Shown: piece by piece, positions 51,036-64,000 of the stretch
Layout: each line of letters starts with the position of its first letter
How positions within the stretch are numbered: position 1 is the first letter of the stretch
From: Paraphysomonas bandaiensis
Lineage: Eukaryota > Protista > Chrysophyceae
Reading direction: 5' to 3'
Assembly: GCA_965644295.1 (NCBI GenBank)
Contig: CBFFRP010000199.1
Coordinates: 310,001-374,000, forward strand
DNA: 64,000 nt
Notes under the pieces: generated by a model
What the model saw: the letters and a program-made list of their open reading frames with translations, nothing else
What the model was told of the DNA's origin: nothing
The model's database searches: none
Made by a program: the position numbers and the translations under genes

Positions 51036-52419
51036 ATGAACCCCAATAACCCCCACTCCACCTCTATATCTGTAGACACTGTTGATAAGGTGTTATGCAG
51101 GATAGATTTTCTTATAGAAAACTGTCGTCTGTTAGCTGCGAGAAGATTATACGATAAGTTACTGCGTTTAGTAGTTATATCGAAAAACTGCAGTGATATT
51201 GAATCCATTCGTTGTAAACTGGACACACGTAAATCTCAGCTAGATCAGCTCGTGCTTCGATCGGATGAAATCCAACGTATCATTGGCGAATGCTCAAACA
51301 ACTACGACAACTGGACTTTAGGGTCAGAGATGTTCGGTGTTCGCTCCTATTACCGTGTCGAAGAGGATGGCTTGTTGTGCGTTCGCATGGAGGGTATACA
51401 AGACATACCCATCTTTGAACAGATTGCTGTGTTTTATGAATGTTCCCTTTATAAAGAATGGGTCCCATTCTGTAAACAGTCAGATTTACTGAAAAAAATA
51501 TGTAAGCCAGATTAATCTTGTATTGACGTTTGTATAAACTTTTACTGCAGCCCACCCGGAGTTAGTCTTTCATACTGCGGTGTCAACCCCTTTCATGGTC
51601 CGTGATATGGTACTCCATGCATATGCTTCTGACTGTATGATGGAGCATGGTGCTATTGCATTTATGGGACGATCGGTAGAGGAGTTCGAGGGGGTGAAAA
51701 TTCCCCCGCATCCGAACCCATTCTTTGGATGCAGGGCAGATGTAAAGATGCTGTGCGGAGTTGTCAGTATCATCAGTCCCAGCACAGCAAAGGTTGTGCA
51801 TTCCCCATCTATGTAGCTGATTCATATTCACCGATAATATTTATTATAGACTGTTATTATAGTGAAAGTAAATCCTCGACTAGCATTACCTCAAACGATT
51901 ATTAATTTCGTCATGCGTCAAATGGCAGGTGCGGTTGATTTTTGTGCCTTTACTATTAGTAATATTATGGTTATATTATGGTCTGGATATTGCAGGAGTA
52001 TTCCTTTACTTTATGCAGAAGCAAGCTTTAAGGGTTCGTCCATATATATGTCTATTAATATATATTGTTGGAAGTGACGGTTGTGTTATTTTAAGGTTGC
52101 ATCGGATCCGGACTGCGCTCATGCTATGAATGTGCGAGCTAACTCTGATTTTTATAAGAATTTTCTTCTTCCTAATGTGCGGGCCTACTGCCAACTTCGT
52201 GGCTGGGAACAAGTTACAATTCCAGTGTTAGGAAATGAAGGTATTGCTATACCGGGTAAAGATTACTCGAGACCAGATCTGTACGAGGATACCGACTGTC
52301 TTCTTACAGACACAGCACCAAACAGCGAGATACATAGCTTTGAAAAGTGCACTAATACGAGAGAAAATGTCTCCATCGAGAATAATAATGTCAGAGAAGC
52401 TATGAGTTCAGAGTTGTAG
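51036..52419 (+). CDS. START-like lipid-binding domain protein, multi-exon
   Basis: WTL..FGVRSYYR, LYKEWVPFC, RDMV and VNPRLALPQTIINFVMRQMAG motifs. Confidence 0.85.
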
Positions 52420-54498
52420 ACGAAACGAAACGGAAGCTTTGTTAAATCCCTCTGTGTAAGTATTGTGGAGTTATTGAACCCAGTGTGTGTAAATGTAGAA
52501 TGATATAAGTAAACGTTTGATATCTGCGATGTTATATATAGCACCGTAATAGATGTTTTGACTTCATTGCTCACTGAAACGAATATATATTTAAAATGTC
52601 TGTTTATTTGAAAACACGAGGAGAACTGAAGCACTCGGTAATCTTTGCTTGACAGCGTAGTGGTTTTGGTGGTGTCATTTTGGGTTGCGACCTAACGGTG
52701 GAATTAAGTAACACACGAAAATTGGTTTAAAAAACCAGTCAAGTGGATGAAAAACCAAATCATTAAATAATTACTATGTGTTTATGATATACACCTAAAA
52801 CTCTTAGTCTTTGTGAAACACGTAATTGCATTCATTAATTTAACGACATACCTTCTTGAGAGATAGTGGAATCATGCCCTCTAAGCTGCATTGGTTTTAC
52901 TTAACCTGCTCTGCCCTTATATATCATATACTATATGCTGTAATATGTAATAGCTATATGCAAGTAGAATTTATAAGCAGGTAGGGAGTAAACTCTAAAA
53001 TGTCTGTTTGCTTGGCAATAGGAGTTCAAGAGTCAGAACCAGACCAGAGTAGTAGCTAGATGGACAGACTAGGTAAGTATCTACCATTTACTACACTCCA
53101 ATATCCTACATATAAAGATACGAGAATTGCTTATGTGATCATTCTCGCATTATTCATAGATGTGTTGGTAGGAATCAGAGAAAGGGGATAGTTGGGATAA
53201 GTAGGTTTATAACAAAACTTTGAATTATTTATTACTTTGACTAATTGGTGTGACGTGTGACTAAATCATTCAACTAATTCGACTGGGTGAATAATATTTC
53301 CGGTTTGGTGATCATGTGATCTGTCTAGAACCGAATATTTAGCTAATATTGATGGGACTTTCACAATATGAAGTATCCTAACCCATATATACGCATATAT
53401 CCTTATGACAGATACTTGTTTACCAACTTGATCATGGACGTATTATGATATTCTCATCAGAAAGACCAATATGCATTCAGCTAGTACCTCATTGGTCATT
53501 GCTTCTAAACAATTTGGAATTACCCATCTAGCCATAACCGAATTCCAATTTAAATGACAACAGCTAGTGGGGTATATCTGAGGAATCACTTCAACATAAA
53601 TATACTCCTAACCCCACTAACTCCAATAAACTTTATACCTACTAATCGACAAATCAAGTGTTATAGGAGAAAGAGAAAGTTTCACTGACGTAGTCAAAGC
53701 TGAGCGAATATAAGATTCAGCGGAGCCAATCAGCAAATGTATGTCCTTGTGATAGAAGATTGGAAAAATGATCTCCCAACTGAGTCCCCTTAAGCCAATA
53801 AAATCCACAGTCTCTGTATAACTATTTATGTTGTCATAACAAGATCTCACTCCATATTCGAACCAAGAATATCCTTCAATTTCAATGTACAACATCAAGA
53901 TGATCATTCCCTAGCCCAGAATTGTGTTTCTCGTGGTCTCTGAAGGGAAGTAACCTTTCCTCGCTCCACACATCCACATACACTCACTCTCCCCACATAT
54001 CTTGTTATGCACTGAGTCCTTGGAATCGAATATAACTGACGGGCATCCATGTAGAGTTCATAGGCTGTTAATATGATCTGGGGTTGACTTATATACACAT
54101 TGGTGATTGTAGATCTGGCCACAGGCACGTATCCGCAGTCAGCATCTTATTTTTCGGAAATAAATTGAAGCAAATATTCTCTATGCTACTGAGATATAAC
54201 TACGGCTTGTATATAGATAATTATTGTCTCAATATTAGAGGCATCTGGGAACAAAAATATACCAAGGATGCATAGTATACGTGTATGATATACGGCACAG
54301 TGGAGTGAGGGGTATTGTATTCCTCTATCGTATTTGTGGTATTATCATACACAGCAATACAGAAGTGTATAGGTATACAGCACTGCTCTATTGTGTGTAT
54401 ACTCTGTGCATACAGAGCATATAACTCCTAGTGCTCCCTCATCATGCACACAATTACCAGGACGCATATTGCATACTTGAAGCACTAACTATATTGAA

Positions 54499-55796
54499 AT
54501 GGAAATTGAGGCCTCAACCCTTCAAGATGAAGGTCTTCGCAGGTTAGTAGTGGATGCATTTAATTATCTGTCTGATTGTTTGCAGCTATTACATCAACAA
54601 GATCGAAGAGAAGCAAATCATGATTATGGAAAAGACTCAGAATCTTGAACGCTTGAAAGCCCAGAGAAATGAACTGAATAGTAAAGTGCGGTTGATTCGG
54701 GAAGAGCTGACTGAACTTCATGAACCAGGATCTTATGTCGGGGAGGTCGTCAAGCCTATGGGGAAACTGAAAGTGTTGGTCAAGTGTAGCCCAGATGGAA
54801 AATATGTGGTTGATTTAGACAAAGATATCGATATTAACAAATGTACCCCAAACACGCGGGTTGCTCTCAGGTCCGATTCCTATACGCTGCATAAAATATT
54901 GCCGACGAAAGTTGATCCATTAGTTTCACTCATGAAGGTACAGTATTGATGGCAATAGCGATATTATTGTGTGGTCTAAGTATACTAAATAGGTTGAAAA
55001 AGTTCCTGACTCTACATATGATATGGTTGGTGGCCTAGATAAACAGATTCAAGAGATAAAAGAAGTAATCGAGCTACCTATCAAACACCCAGAGTTATTC
55101 GAAGCTCTTGGTGTAGCCCAACCCAAGGGCGTACTGCTATATGGTCCACCTGGTACCGGAAAAACCCTCCTTGCTAGAGCAGTAGCACACCATACTGATT
55201 GTACATTTATTCGTGTGTCTGGAGCGGAGCTGGTACAGAAATATATTGGAGAGGGATCGCGAATGGTCCGCGAACTCTTTGTGATGGCCCGTGAAGCTGC
55301 CCCTACAATTATATTTATGGATGAGATCGATTCAATTGGCAGTACGAGAGTTGAGGGCTCACAAGGAGGTGACAGTGAAGTGCAGCGAACTATGCTTGAA
55401 CTCTTGGCTCAACTTGATGGATTTGAAGCGACTCAAAATATCAAGGTTATTATGGCCACCAACCGAATTGATATACTGGATAGCGCCTTGTTGCGCCCAG
55501 GTCGTATTGATCGAAAGATTGAATTTCCCAATCCTACTGCGGCTTCCCGAGCGGATATAATAGGCATTCACAGTCGAAGAATGAATCTTTTGAGAGGTAT
55601 TGATCTGAAAAAGGTTGCCGAGATGATGAACAGCGCTTCGGGTGCTGAATGTAAGGCTATATGTACCGAAGCAGGGATGTTTGCCCTTCGAGAGAGAAGA
55701 ATACATGTCACACAAGAAGATTTTGAGATGGCAGTTGGTAAAGTCATGAAGAAAGATGCGGACCAGAATACATCAATGGTAATGCTGTGGAAATAA
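54499..55796 (+). CDS. PSMC5: 26S proteasome regulatory AAA-ATPase subunit RPT6
   Basis: [52 protein letters not shown] and a C-terminal LWK. Two introns. Confidence 0.98.
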
Positions 55797-56378
55797 ATGT
55801 GTAGTACTTTGTATCGATTTGCAGACAGGAAATTTGCCAACAAAAATTCGAGTACTTGCCCATGTTAGTTTTTGGGCACATTAAAATATCTCGTAGTAAT
55901 AAATATTATTGATTGTACGCTTTAATGCGTGTTTAATCCTTCGTTTAGTATCGTTCAAATATCATATTTTGGGTGAAATTCTAGTGTGTAATATTGTGCT
56001 GAATGCACGCCTTTCGAAGAAGTATTTACGAATTACAACTACATAGCAACACGGCGGATTAGGCATTTCTTACGTTTGGAATTAAATATGATTTGTAATA
56101 AATTGTGATATTTAGAGAGAGATACTATTCCTTATTAGTCAATAAAGAATGTACAACAATACAATTTCAAGGAAAATTAGAACTAATCACATAAAATAAT
56201 ATTTTGTACAGTGCAATATCTAATATCTTCAGTCAGCTGTTATTGTTTCATTATTTCTTGATATATTCACGTGTATAATAAGTATGTTCAAAGCTACATG
56301 TGAATTAGAGACTCTTAGTAGAGCCAAACACAAAACTCCACATTAAAAGATAATTATTTAAAAAAACACACTTGCATC

Positions 56379-57392
56379 CTAAGTACAAAATATCATTTTT
56401 CCAAAAAACACGCTTGCCACCATAGTAAGTAGAATGGATACAGCATTGACTTGCTCATTGGAAAGGACGTCTATGCCACAGATACAACGAATAGAGTCAT
56501 CTTTCTGGAAATCCGGGTCTGACTTTTTAACTATGCATTTCCTTTCCTTAGAATAGTATGTGGCTTGCAAAGATCCCCCTAGAATGGAGTCAAAAAGAGA
56601 CCCTAGGACTCCACATATGCAGCCCAGGTATACCATAGGAAACTGAGAAGTCTCCGGTGACACATCTTCTGCCCCACCAAATAGAGATAAAGCATAAAAC
56701 GTTAAACCAATAAATAGCCCTCCAGCTGCACTTGCAAGAGTCCCTACAATGGACATCCCGCCATTTGTCCCTGGTGGAACAGTTTGAATGAAGAACGTCG
56801 TAACAAGTCGTGGAGGATATTTCGCAAGAACGCCTAACTCTGATGCCCAAGTATCCGCGGTTGCACAAGAATAATGAGCAAGATACATGCACCATAGGTA
56901 AAACGCTAGCTGCTTTCTAAAGAGAGAATAGCCGAGTACTGATATGGTATTCGAACTTTCTGAGTATTCACATGTCACCTATAACAGCATATCACAAGAC
57001 AAAGTGTACAAATTCAACCTACATACGTGATCATCGTCTCCAACAAAATACATATACACCACAGCAATGATAGTTGCTGCCAGACTGTTTGCAAATACTT
57101 GAATATAATTTCTTTGGCCTCCTGATTGATAGTGTGCTTCAAGTTTCGATTTTCGGCTTTCATCGACTTTAGTTAGTTTTGAACTGGTGTAATAAAATAC
57201 AATTAGTATTATGCCGAATCTATAGGACGACACAAAGCTGCAAAAGCCAACTAGAAAAGCGGCAACCGCTCCCGAGTAGTTTAAAGATGATTTCCTCAAC
57301 CCATGAACCGATAAATACCCCGCCAACAAAACAGCACATAGAGTGCGAAACTCAGGAGCTAGCATAAAGGGGGGTACAATAATTGGGGTCAT
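56379..57392 (-). CDS. TMEM19: DUF92/TMEM19 family membrane protein
   Basis: GGQRNYIQVFANS, ADTWASELG, VPPGTNGGMS..GT, GSLFDSILGG.LQ and LSNEQVN. Intron ~56979-57025. Confidence 0.92.
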
Positions 57393-58646
57393 AGTCACTA
57401 TCTTTGAGCTTCAGTTATTGATTGTGTTAAATATGTTAATACCCACCTGCTTGTTAAGATATTGGAGCTTTATTAATCATATGCAGAAATTCCACTTTTT
57501 TTTGGAAATATGGGAAATTAAATTTCCAAAAAACCTGCTTTTGAACCTAGCCACTGCTTTACACACTGTATATTTCTAAAGGAAAATACACCAATACATC
57601 TACAGTAGATACAGCAGATCTATGCATGTTAAACTTATTTGGGTGTGGCAGGATAGAACAACCAGTTTGACGCCTTGCAAAAGAATATTATTGACGGAAT
57701 TCAGATCATGTATAGATATGACTCAAAGGACGTTTAATTGGGATAAGTCTTCTTCTATGACGGCATGATTATGTAGCAGAGTAAATGAGAATCGTAATGG
57801 AATGGATACTACGCACATATCTGGCTTACAGTTAGAGAAACCGTAGTAAGACAGCATATTCCTATGCATCAATAGCTTCTACTTTCTAATGCTTTCATTT
57901 CTGAAATATGTTCTAATCTTACAATCGTGGCATACTGTTTCATATACAAGCATTTTAGTGCACACTGATTTCAATAACCTGTTGGGTATGAAAGATTCAT
58001 AAGTTTCAAAAGTTATGACGCGGAGAATATTCCTTTAGTCAATTAACTTGAAAATATGCCATATAATTGGTTGGCATATTCATACTTATATCTCTTCCAT
58101 CAGCGCCAGTTCTCATATGCACTCCAACCGTCGGTTCTTCTGCACTCGTCGCAATATCTACATCCCATCAGGTACATGTGAATAAATACAATGATATAGA
58201 GGTAATGAACACATGACTGATAATTATGTACGATGAATCCGCTCATGCACTACAGACTCTTGAGGAAACGCTGAAACCCCGAATAAACCAAGATCTTCCC
58301 ATGCGGAAATTGTTCACCTTTTGATATTGTAGTTATTGTAATTTCTACCTGCTGGTGTAAATTTTAATTTTTGTAAATACAGAAATTCTGATTAGGGTCC
58401 CAATTGTATAAATAAAATTGATTGTGAAGATGTTGATCTTCCAGTAGCTACAGCGCTATTATTGATGCTGTAGTGATAAATTGTCAAGGAGTAGACAGAA
58501 AAACATATATTAATGCGTAAGCTAGGCACTATAGTTTGTATTACGAGGGTCGCTACCCATATCTTGAAATATATTATTTGGATAAGGAAGGAGTTGTGAC
58601 AAGACCTGACCAAGGCATTAGACCTCTCATTCGGCGCGTAGACTTA

Positions 58647-59837
58647 CTTATGGGGAAGTTTAAGCAGCCTAAGAATTAATTTTGGATAAATATGGTGATG
58701 TTGACGTCAGTGATGATGGCTCAGAGGATGAGAACGAAGTGGATTTTTATTAGCTATTGAAAGTCTTTTTATTTAGCAATAGGCGTTAAAAACCTGTGCC
58801 AATATAGTGGCTAGTTGAATGCTAGACATACTAGTTAGACCTCTACCCATAACTAATCAGCACAAATTCCATTATCCAACTATTTAACGCTACAGAAGCT
58901 GCTTGTGCGTCGCCGCAAGCACCAAGGTGCGACCACTTCCGTTTTTGATGTTGATTGCGAGTTTCGCCATTGTCGTGTGTCCTAGGACTCACCGGCGCTA
59001 TATGATAGATGTGTATGTAGGGGACACGTTGTGCAACGTACAGCATGACAAGTGAAAGCAGTGATCTAAGTCTATTACTACAACAATGGAACGCTTAAGA
59101 CTACACATACATTGTGTGCAATTTGCATCCTCGGGGACTGCCTTATGTACCTCACGGCAACCAGGGGAACACAGTACTATACCCTGCTTATATTGGCGAT
59201 CTGGTGGCCTTCCTTTAGGCATTGTGCCAAGTGGATTAAGGTCTTGCAAAAGGTTATGGCCTACTGTGAAGAAGCGTCGAAATCGACTCTTTTGCTGTCT
59301 TAGCCAACGGTAGAGAGAACATGCAAGAGAGTGTATACTGGACAGAGGTGGGATATGAGGGTCATCCGGTGTGTCCAGCAACAGGGAGTCGAGAGAGAGT
59401 GTGATGGTGCAAAAGAGGCAACATCTGATTGAGGAGAGTGGAACTGCGCAACAGAACTAGGTCAGCCAAGGTCGGGTACTCTGATAGCCCTATGCACGAG
59501 ATGATGATGATGATGGTCTGGAGGAGAGACTCGGACGTCCTTATGGGGAAGTTTAAGCAGCATAAGAATTAATTTTAGATAAATATGGTGATATTGACGT
59601 CAGCGATGATGGCTCAGAGGATCAGAACGAGGTGGATTTTTATTAGCTATAAGCAGTTGTGGGTGTGGTTGCCATATGATCTTAATGACTAATACTAAAA
59701 ATGGAATCTACGGATGTGATTACTTACTGATTAGTCATACTAATTTATTGCAATATATTGTAATTGTATTGTTCAGCCTGTTTAGAATCTCTACCAATAG
59801 TATTGTTAGTATTGCTCTATATTGTTTCCTAGCCCTG
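58647..59837 (+). mobile_element. Right arm of a hAT element (ends ...ATTGTTTCCTAGCCCTG), interrupted by a non-LTR copy
   Basis: Similar to 33388-33694 (GATGGCTCAGAGGATGAG; TACTTACTGATTAGTCATACTAAT; CAATATATTG repeats; CCCTG end). The left TIR was not found. Confidence 0.8.
58758..59539 (-). mobile_element. 5'-truncated non-LTR copy flanked by a 111-bp direct duplication
   Basis: Conserved 3' block and a PKGRPPD remnant. Flanks 58647-58757 and 59540-59650 differ at 6 positions by my count. Confidence 0.85.
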
Positions 59838-60031
59838 TATATTTGGTGAACACTGCGTTTATAGTTCATCTATAGCACATAAGTGAATATGTACATATTT
59901 CAAATACTGTAAGTCGTTATATTGAATACAAAATAGCACATTTTTATTCTGACATTTCAAACCCTCTGTTAAATGGATTTAATATTTTATTTACAAAAGG
60001 TAACAACTAAATTACAATGATTTCCAATCAC

Positions 60032-60553
60032 TTAATACCGTTGACGGCGATAATCAAATTGTGTCATAGCATTCTTCCTGCGGATTTGGACACCCCAATA
60101 TGCTAACCCACCAACAATTGCCATTGACAACTGAAAGGTAATGACGTGTGTTATATGGTTGTGGTGGTTATTTGTTTCATGTATGGGATAGCAGCCGCGG
60201 TAGTCCACCCTTGTGTCGCCGTCGCCCTCACAATTCATTTCCATTTTCATTCCTGTGGCGCGACAATATTCTGCAATGCTCTATAATATACCATTAGTTA
60301 TTGTAATGTAACTCCAACTAGGGTTTATACCATTTCGTTTGGATCACAACGCTTACATCTACCCACATCTGAGCAGACCATACTAGCGGGGCAAAGGTGA
60401 AGCAATGCAAAGAACATTACACATAAGGTGTAAAGGAATCGCATTATTGCTGTGAAATGCTCACTTATGCGCAAGGACGGATAAGATTCCTATCAGTGAT
60501 ATGAGTATTGATTTCTTTACTGTCGCTCTGCCCTCCTCCTCATGCTGCTCCAT
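60032..60553 (-). CDS. JTB-like small Cys-rich single-pass membrane protein, three exons
   Basis: Spliced product: hydrophobic N-terminus, CSDVGRCKRCDPNEMSIAEYCRATGMKMEMNC..YRGC (six Cys, C..TG), TM VITFQLSMAIVGGLAYWGV, basic tail IRRK. Confidence 0.72.
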
Positions 60554-60815
60554 TTATATCTCAACCATAAAACCCGTGTTTTAAATACGTTTTCTAGGAA
60601 AAGCGGGGGTTTGTGAAGGTATACATTGACGAATAATACATCTTCTTTGCTCTCTCAGGAATCCTGATTGGATATCAACTCCTAATATCTACCTTTTTTT
60701 TGCAAAAATTTCATCAACAGAGAAGTTAGGCCCGCGGTCTTTATTCAGACCAGGTCATCCCTTCCCATTGGTTTCCATACAAAAAAAAGCTCACACACCT
60801 CCCAAAAAAAAATTC

Positions 60816-61204
60816 AGACCTGGTACAGTTTTTTCATCCAAGTCTAAGAAATTTTTGGCCTGGCCCAACATTTTTTAGACCAGGCCGAAAATATTTTTCA
60901 TCAAGTCCGCAAAATTCTGGACCTGGCCCGGCATTTTTTAGACCAGGCCGAAAATATTTTTCATCAAGTCCGCAAAATTCTGGACCTGGCCCGGCATTTT
61001 TTAGACCAGGCCGAAAATATTTTTCATCAAGTCCGCAAAATTCTGGACCTGGCCCGGCATTTTTTAGACCAGGCCGAAAATATTTTCCATCAAGTCCGCA
61101 AAATTCTGGACCTGGCCCGGCATTTTTTAGACCAGGCCGAAAATATTTTTCATCAAGTCCGCAAAATTCTGGACCTGGCCCAACATTTTCTAGACCAGGC
61201 CGAA
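60816..61204. repeat. 63-bp tandem subterminal array (five near-perfect units plus one degenerate and one partial)
   Basis: AGACCAGG recurs at 60877, 60940, 61003, 61066, 61129 and 61192. Confidence 0.97.
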
Positions 61205-61901
61205 TCTAGGGCCAGGTGCTATGTCGGAAATGGCGTTGGAGACATGCTACCTGGTCGATATATATCTACTCCATAGTTCACCACAAATATACATATTCCA
61301 CTCTATATCTGTACTATGCCAGTCAAGAGAAAGCAATCCAAGACAGATACTGAGACTCTGCTGGATTCGGCACAGGCTATGAGAGACGAGGCCTGTGAAA
61401 TAAGCGAGTGCAGTTAATGTCGAGTCTGGAAAGACAGCACCGAGTTGAGTGCAACATACTCAGGTGAATTAATAAATCCTTTCAATAATGTGTTCATAAC
61501 AGTGCTATATCACTACAGACTTGCGTACTGTTTAAGCGTGCAGTACCGAACACAAATTCTACTTTTGCCCAAGTATTAATGGTATGCCCAAGGACAGAGA
61601 TGTCGAGACCGATGTAGAGATCGTGAAAGGTATGATAAGTAATGCGCATTCATGCTGTATTGGGTAATGGTTTCCTTACACAGGTCTCACTAACATGACC
61701 GCATGCTTCAAGAATTTGATGCCGATACTACAGGATCCAACAGTAGTGTTCGATCAGTACAAGGATGAGCACAGCTGGGATTTTAATATGTCACCAAAGG
61801 TGGGGTTACTTTCCCTGAGAAGTTGTTGTCGCCGAACAACATCTACATGAACACGGACGCCGAAAAGCCTTTCCGTCTGAAAAAAAGCGACAGAAGAGAC
61901 T

Positions 61902-62133
61902 TATTAGGATTCAGCTTAATACATGATTGTATCTGTGAGTTATAATGTTCAATGAAATATATCATGAACTGAATTAGAGAGAGTATATGTCGAAGATACA
62001 TGATCTAACTATTCCGTTGTGCATGATAGTTATGTTCTATATTGTTGTTCATAATTTTCACTCTATCGTGTTCATTACTTACACTCTAATAATCACAACA
62101 TTATTTTACTATTATAAAGATCAATTCTTTATT
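61902..62133 (+). repeat. Solo copia LTR inside the Harbinger element
   Basis: Same family as 11830-12094, with a ~34-bp internal deletion and several substitutions. 5-bp TSD AGACT (61897-61901, 62134-62138). Confidence 0.97.
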
Positions 62134-62329
62134 AGACTCCTTTAGTGGGAGCGATAGCGACATGCAATTAGTAGCAAATCTATCTCTCATTCCTAATGCT
62201 ACTCTTCTCAGTACCTTTTCATTCTGCTCGACACTCTCAGAGGTGGTATTCAAACCTGGAGTGCGGTAACTATCCACATGCAATCTAACTTTTGGTACGA
62301 CACCATTCTGTGGACAGTCTGGGCGGAAT

Positions 62330-63254
62330 GGATGCGCCTGTAATTCCGCATGATTTACAACTATACCAGTCGATAATCTATCCCTCAGACATAGATTATG
62401 TAGCTAGCAACGGACTTTAAAAATTTTCACCATAGCTCTGATGGTAAGACGCTCTAAAGGTGCTACAAGAATGCGCCACCTAGTCAGTACTGCTATAAGC
62501 AACACTATAACGTATATTGCTACGCATTATTACCTACTGGTCATCATTCCGAAAGCTCTTTCGATGACCTGTCGTCCTTTGGATAAATAAAGATTGAATA
62601 AATCTTCTCGAGTATTGACTCCATGTGCCCCTTCAAATGGACACAGTAAACAAGGCATCAGGCTGTATGCCGCATCTCCAACAAAGAAGTTCCCTTCAGA
62701 GACTTTGAATTCATCGTCTTTGCAGCGCTGCCAGAATCGCGATTTCCTTATGGCACATCCATCCGCAGTTGCACCCTTATGACCTACATTTACGTACAAG
62801 AACTCGTCGTTGTAATCAGCTACTCCTTGCATATTCAAAGCGTAGAACGACTTGTAACAGCGATAAGGACGGGCATTTCGAACTCCAGCTGGAAGTTTGA
62901 TATGAACAAGTAACCCATCAATTCCACCGAGACACTCATCCTGGAGATGGAGACATTCTGAAGAGACCCTTATATTCCTCCGGAGATAGCTGAGAAATGT
63001 ACTTTTCCGCAGCTTCCCGGCAAAAATTTAAGTCAGATCTATTTCTAGACTTTTCCTTCATGATTTCCTCTGCTTCATCTACTGTCGATGCCTCTCCATT
63101 TTCTATCATGCTCAATTATCTGCTGCTTCTTGTAATCGCGTAATTCTTTCGGATTTTCTTTACAATAGCGATGAAATAACTCCCCTCTCCGGTCAGCTTC
63201 ATCGAATAAATACATAAGCCTGTCATGTCGACTACTTGTTGGGAAGATATTCAT
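62330..63254 (-). pseudogene. Harbinger (DDE_Tnp_4) transposase remnant
   Basis: CLGGIDG, YKSFYALNMQGVAD, GATADG, VGDAAY, VIERAFGM, then an intron and WRIL..LHNLC with an in-frame stop. The HTH region appears deleted. Confidence 0.9.
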
Positions 63255-63586
63255 GTCTCAATCATCTATAATGGTCACTGTGTATCCACACTTTAAGAGG
63301 TTAATATTGTAACGTGTGTTTCTATATGTTACTGTTTTGTCGTTTTTTTGAGGTTTTCAGGCCTGGTCTGAATAAAGACCGCGGGCCTTAGTTTCCTCTG
63401 CGTTGGTCTGTGTGAGGATGAAGGATTTCTTTCCTTATAAGCGTGCAGTGGACACAAAGTGACTACTTGCCACTGACAGCTACTGTTCTGATGCTGTATC
63501 AAGTCATTGAAAGTGATTTATTTGTGCTTGACTGAGGCTATATCTGGATATAAGATAGTAGATATATAGCACTACAGGTACCTGTG

Positions 63587-64000
63587 ATGCTCCCTGGACT
63601 ACAGCAGGGTCGAAGAACGACTTATGATGATGACGATGATGAAATTGAGCTCGGAAATCATCAGTCTCAGTCTCAGTCCCAGTCTCATTCTCGTATTCAG
63701 AGGTTTGTCAAGCGCAGGCAGGGATATACCCCAGCAGACCCGGATGATGAACCAGTAATATTAACAGAAAATGAGCGGAGGGTTATTTCTCTAACAGAGA
63801 GAAGCATTCGAGCAAGTAGTTCCTGTCGTCAATTATTTACACTATCTACACTGATTATTGTTGTCCAGGTAAAGCGTAAGATAGTATTATTTTGATTTAC
63901 TCTGATTTTTATTGCATCAGATTGGTGTACTGATATGGATTTATCGCAAGGACGGATTCGTATCATTCGAAGAGAACCCCATGTTTGGACCTTCTGCCTA
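63587..64000 (+). CDS. Rhomboid-like intramembrane protease, 5' part; runs off the window end
   Basis: Hydrophilic N-terminus with QS repeat, TM LFTLSTLIIVVQ|IGVLIW, then ENPMFGPS resembling the ENPxxGPS loop of RBL-type rhomboids. Confidence 0.7.

Larger units (their letters stand above)
60729..63387 (-). mobile_element. PIF/Harbinger DNA transposon (decayed)
   Basis: Perfect 26-bp TIR GGCCCGCGGTCTTTATTCAGACCAGG and TTA TSD (60726-60728, 63388-63390). DDE transposase on the minus strand; decayed second ORF on the plus strand from 61316. Confidence 0.96.

Noticed and set aside
53000-54250. Short ORFs that might be a decayed gene or TE
   Set aside because: No recognisable motif, termini or consistent splice model.
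57700-58330. Possible fucosyltransferase-like relic (PTVGVHMRTG on the minus strand near 58110-58140)
   Set aside because: It is a single short motif among stops, and no gene model could be built.
58960-59000. Hammerhead ribozyme in the retroelement 3' block (CCGGTGA-GTCC-TA-GGAC)
   Set aside because: The core is not CTGANGA and GAAA does not follow stem II. It is kept only as a generic hairpin.
60816-61204. CRISPR-like array
   Set aside because: The units are near identical over their whole length with no unique spacers. The array lies in a eukaryotic Harbinger arm and there are no cas genes.

Overview
Gene-dense eukaryotic nuclear DNA with many short GT-AG introns (mostly about 45-100 nt) and the standard genetic code. 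An aureochrome (bZIP-LOV) together with cilium genes (CFAP36, MYCBPAP) points to a flagellated ochrophyte, probably chrysophyte-like (inference). About 20 host genes can be reconstructed: histidine phosphatase, 2OG-Fe(II) oxygenase, pectinacetylesterase/Notum-like esterase, CFAP36, trefoil-GH15 glucoamylase, EF-hand protein, a MYCBPAP-pseudo-PGK fusion, RPS15A, ELP3, a long coiled-coil protein, a myristoylated HET-MORN protein, DUF1769, aureochrome, SNAPC3, a small membrane protein, START, RPT6, TMEM19, JTB-like and a rhomboid. Transposons are heavily nested. They include a very young Ty1/copia element with identical LTRs and non-canonical TA...TT termini (plus a solo and a truncated LTR), five copies of an RNase H-type non-LTR family with a conserved structured 3' end, hAT elements with 8-bp TSDs, and a PIF/Harbinger element with a 63-bp subterminal array. 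The most interesting items are the ciliary MYCBPAP-pseudo-phosphoglycerate-kinase fusion, the copia termini and its IN/RT frame break, the HET-MORN protein, the trefoil-glucoamylase and the structured retroelement 3' RNA. All family calls come from motif recognition by eye; no database searches were run.
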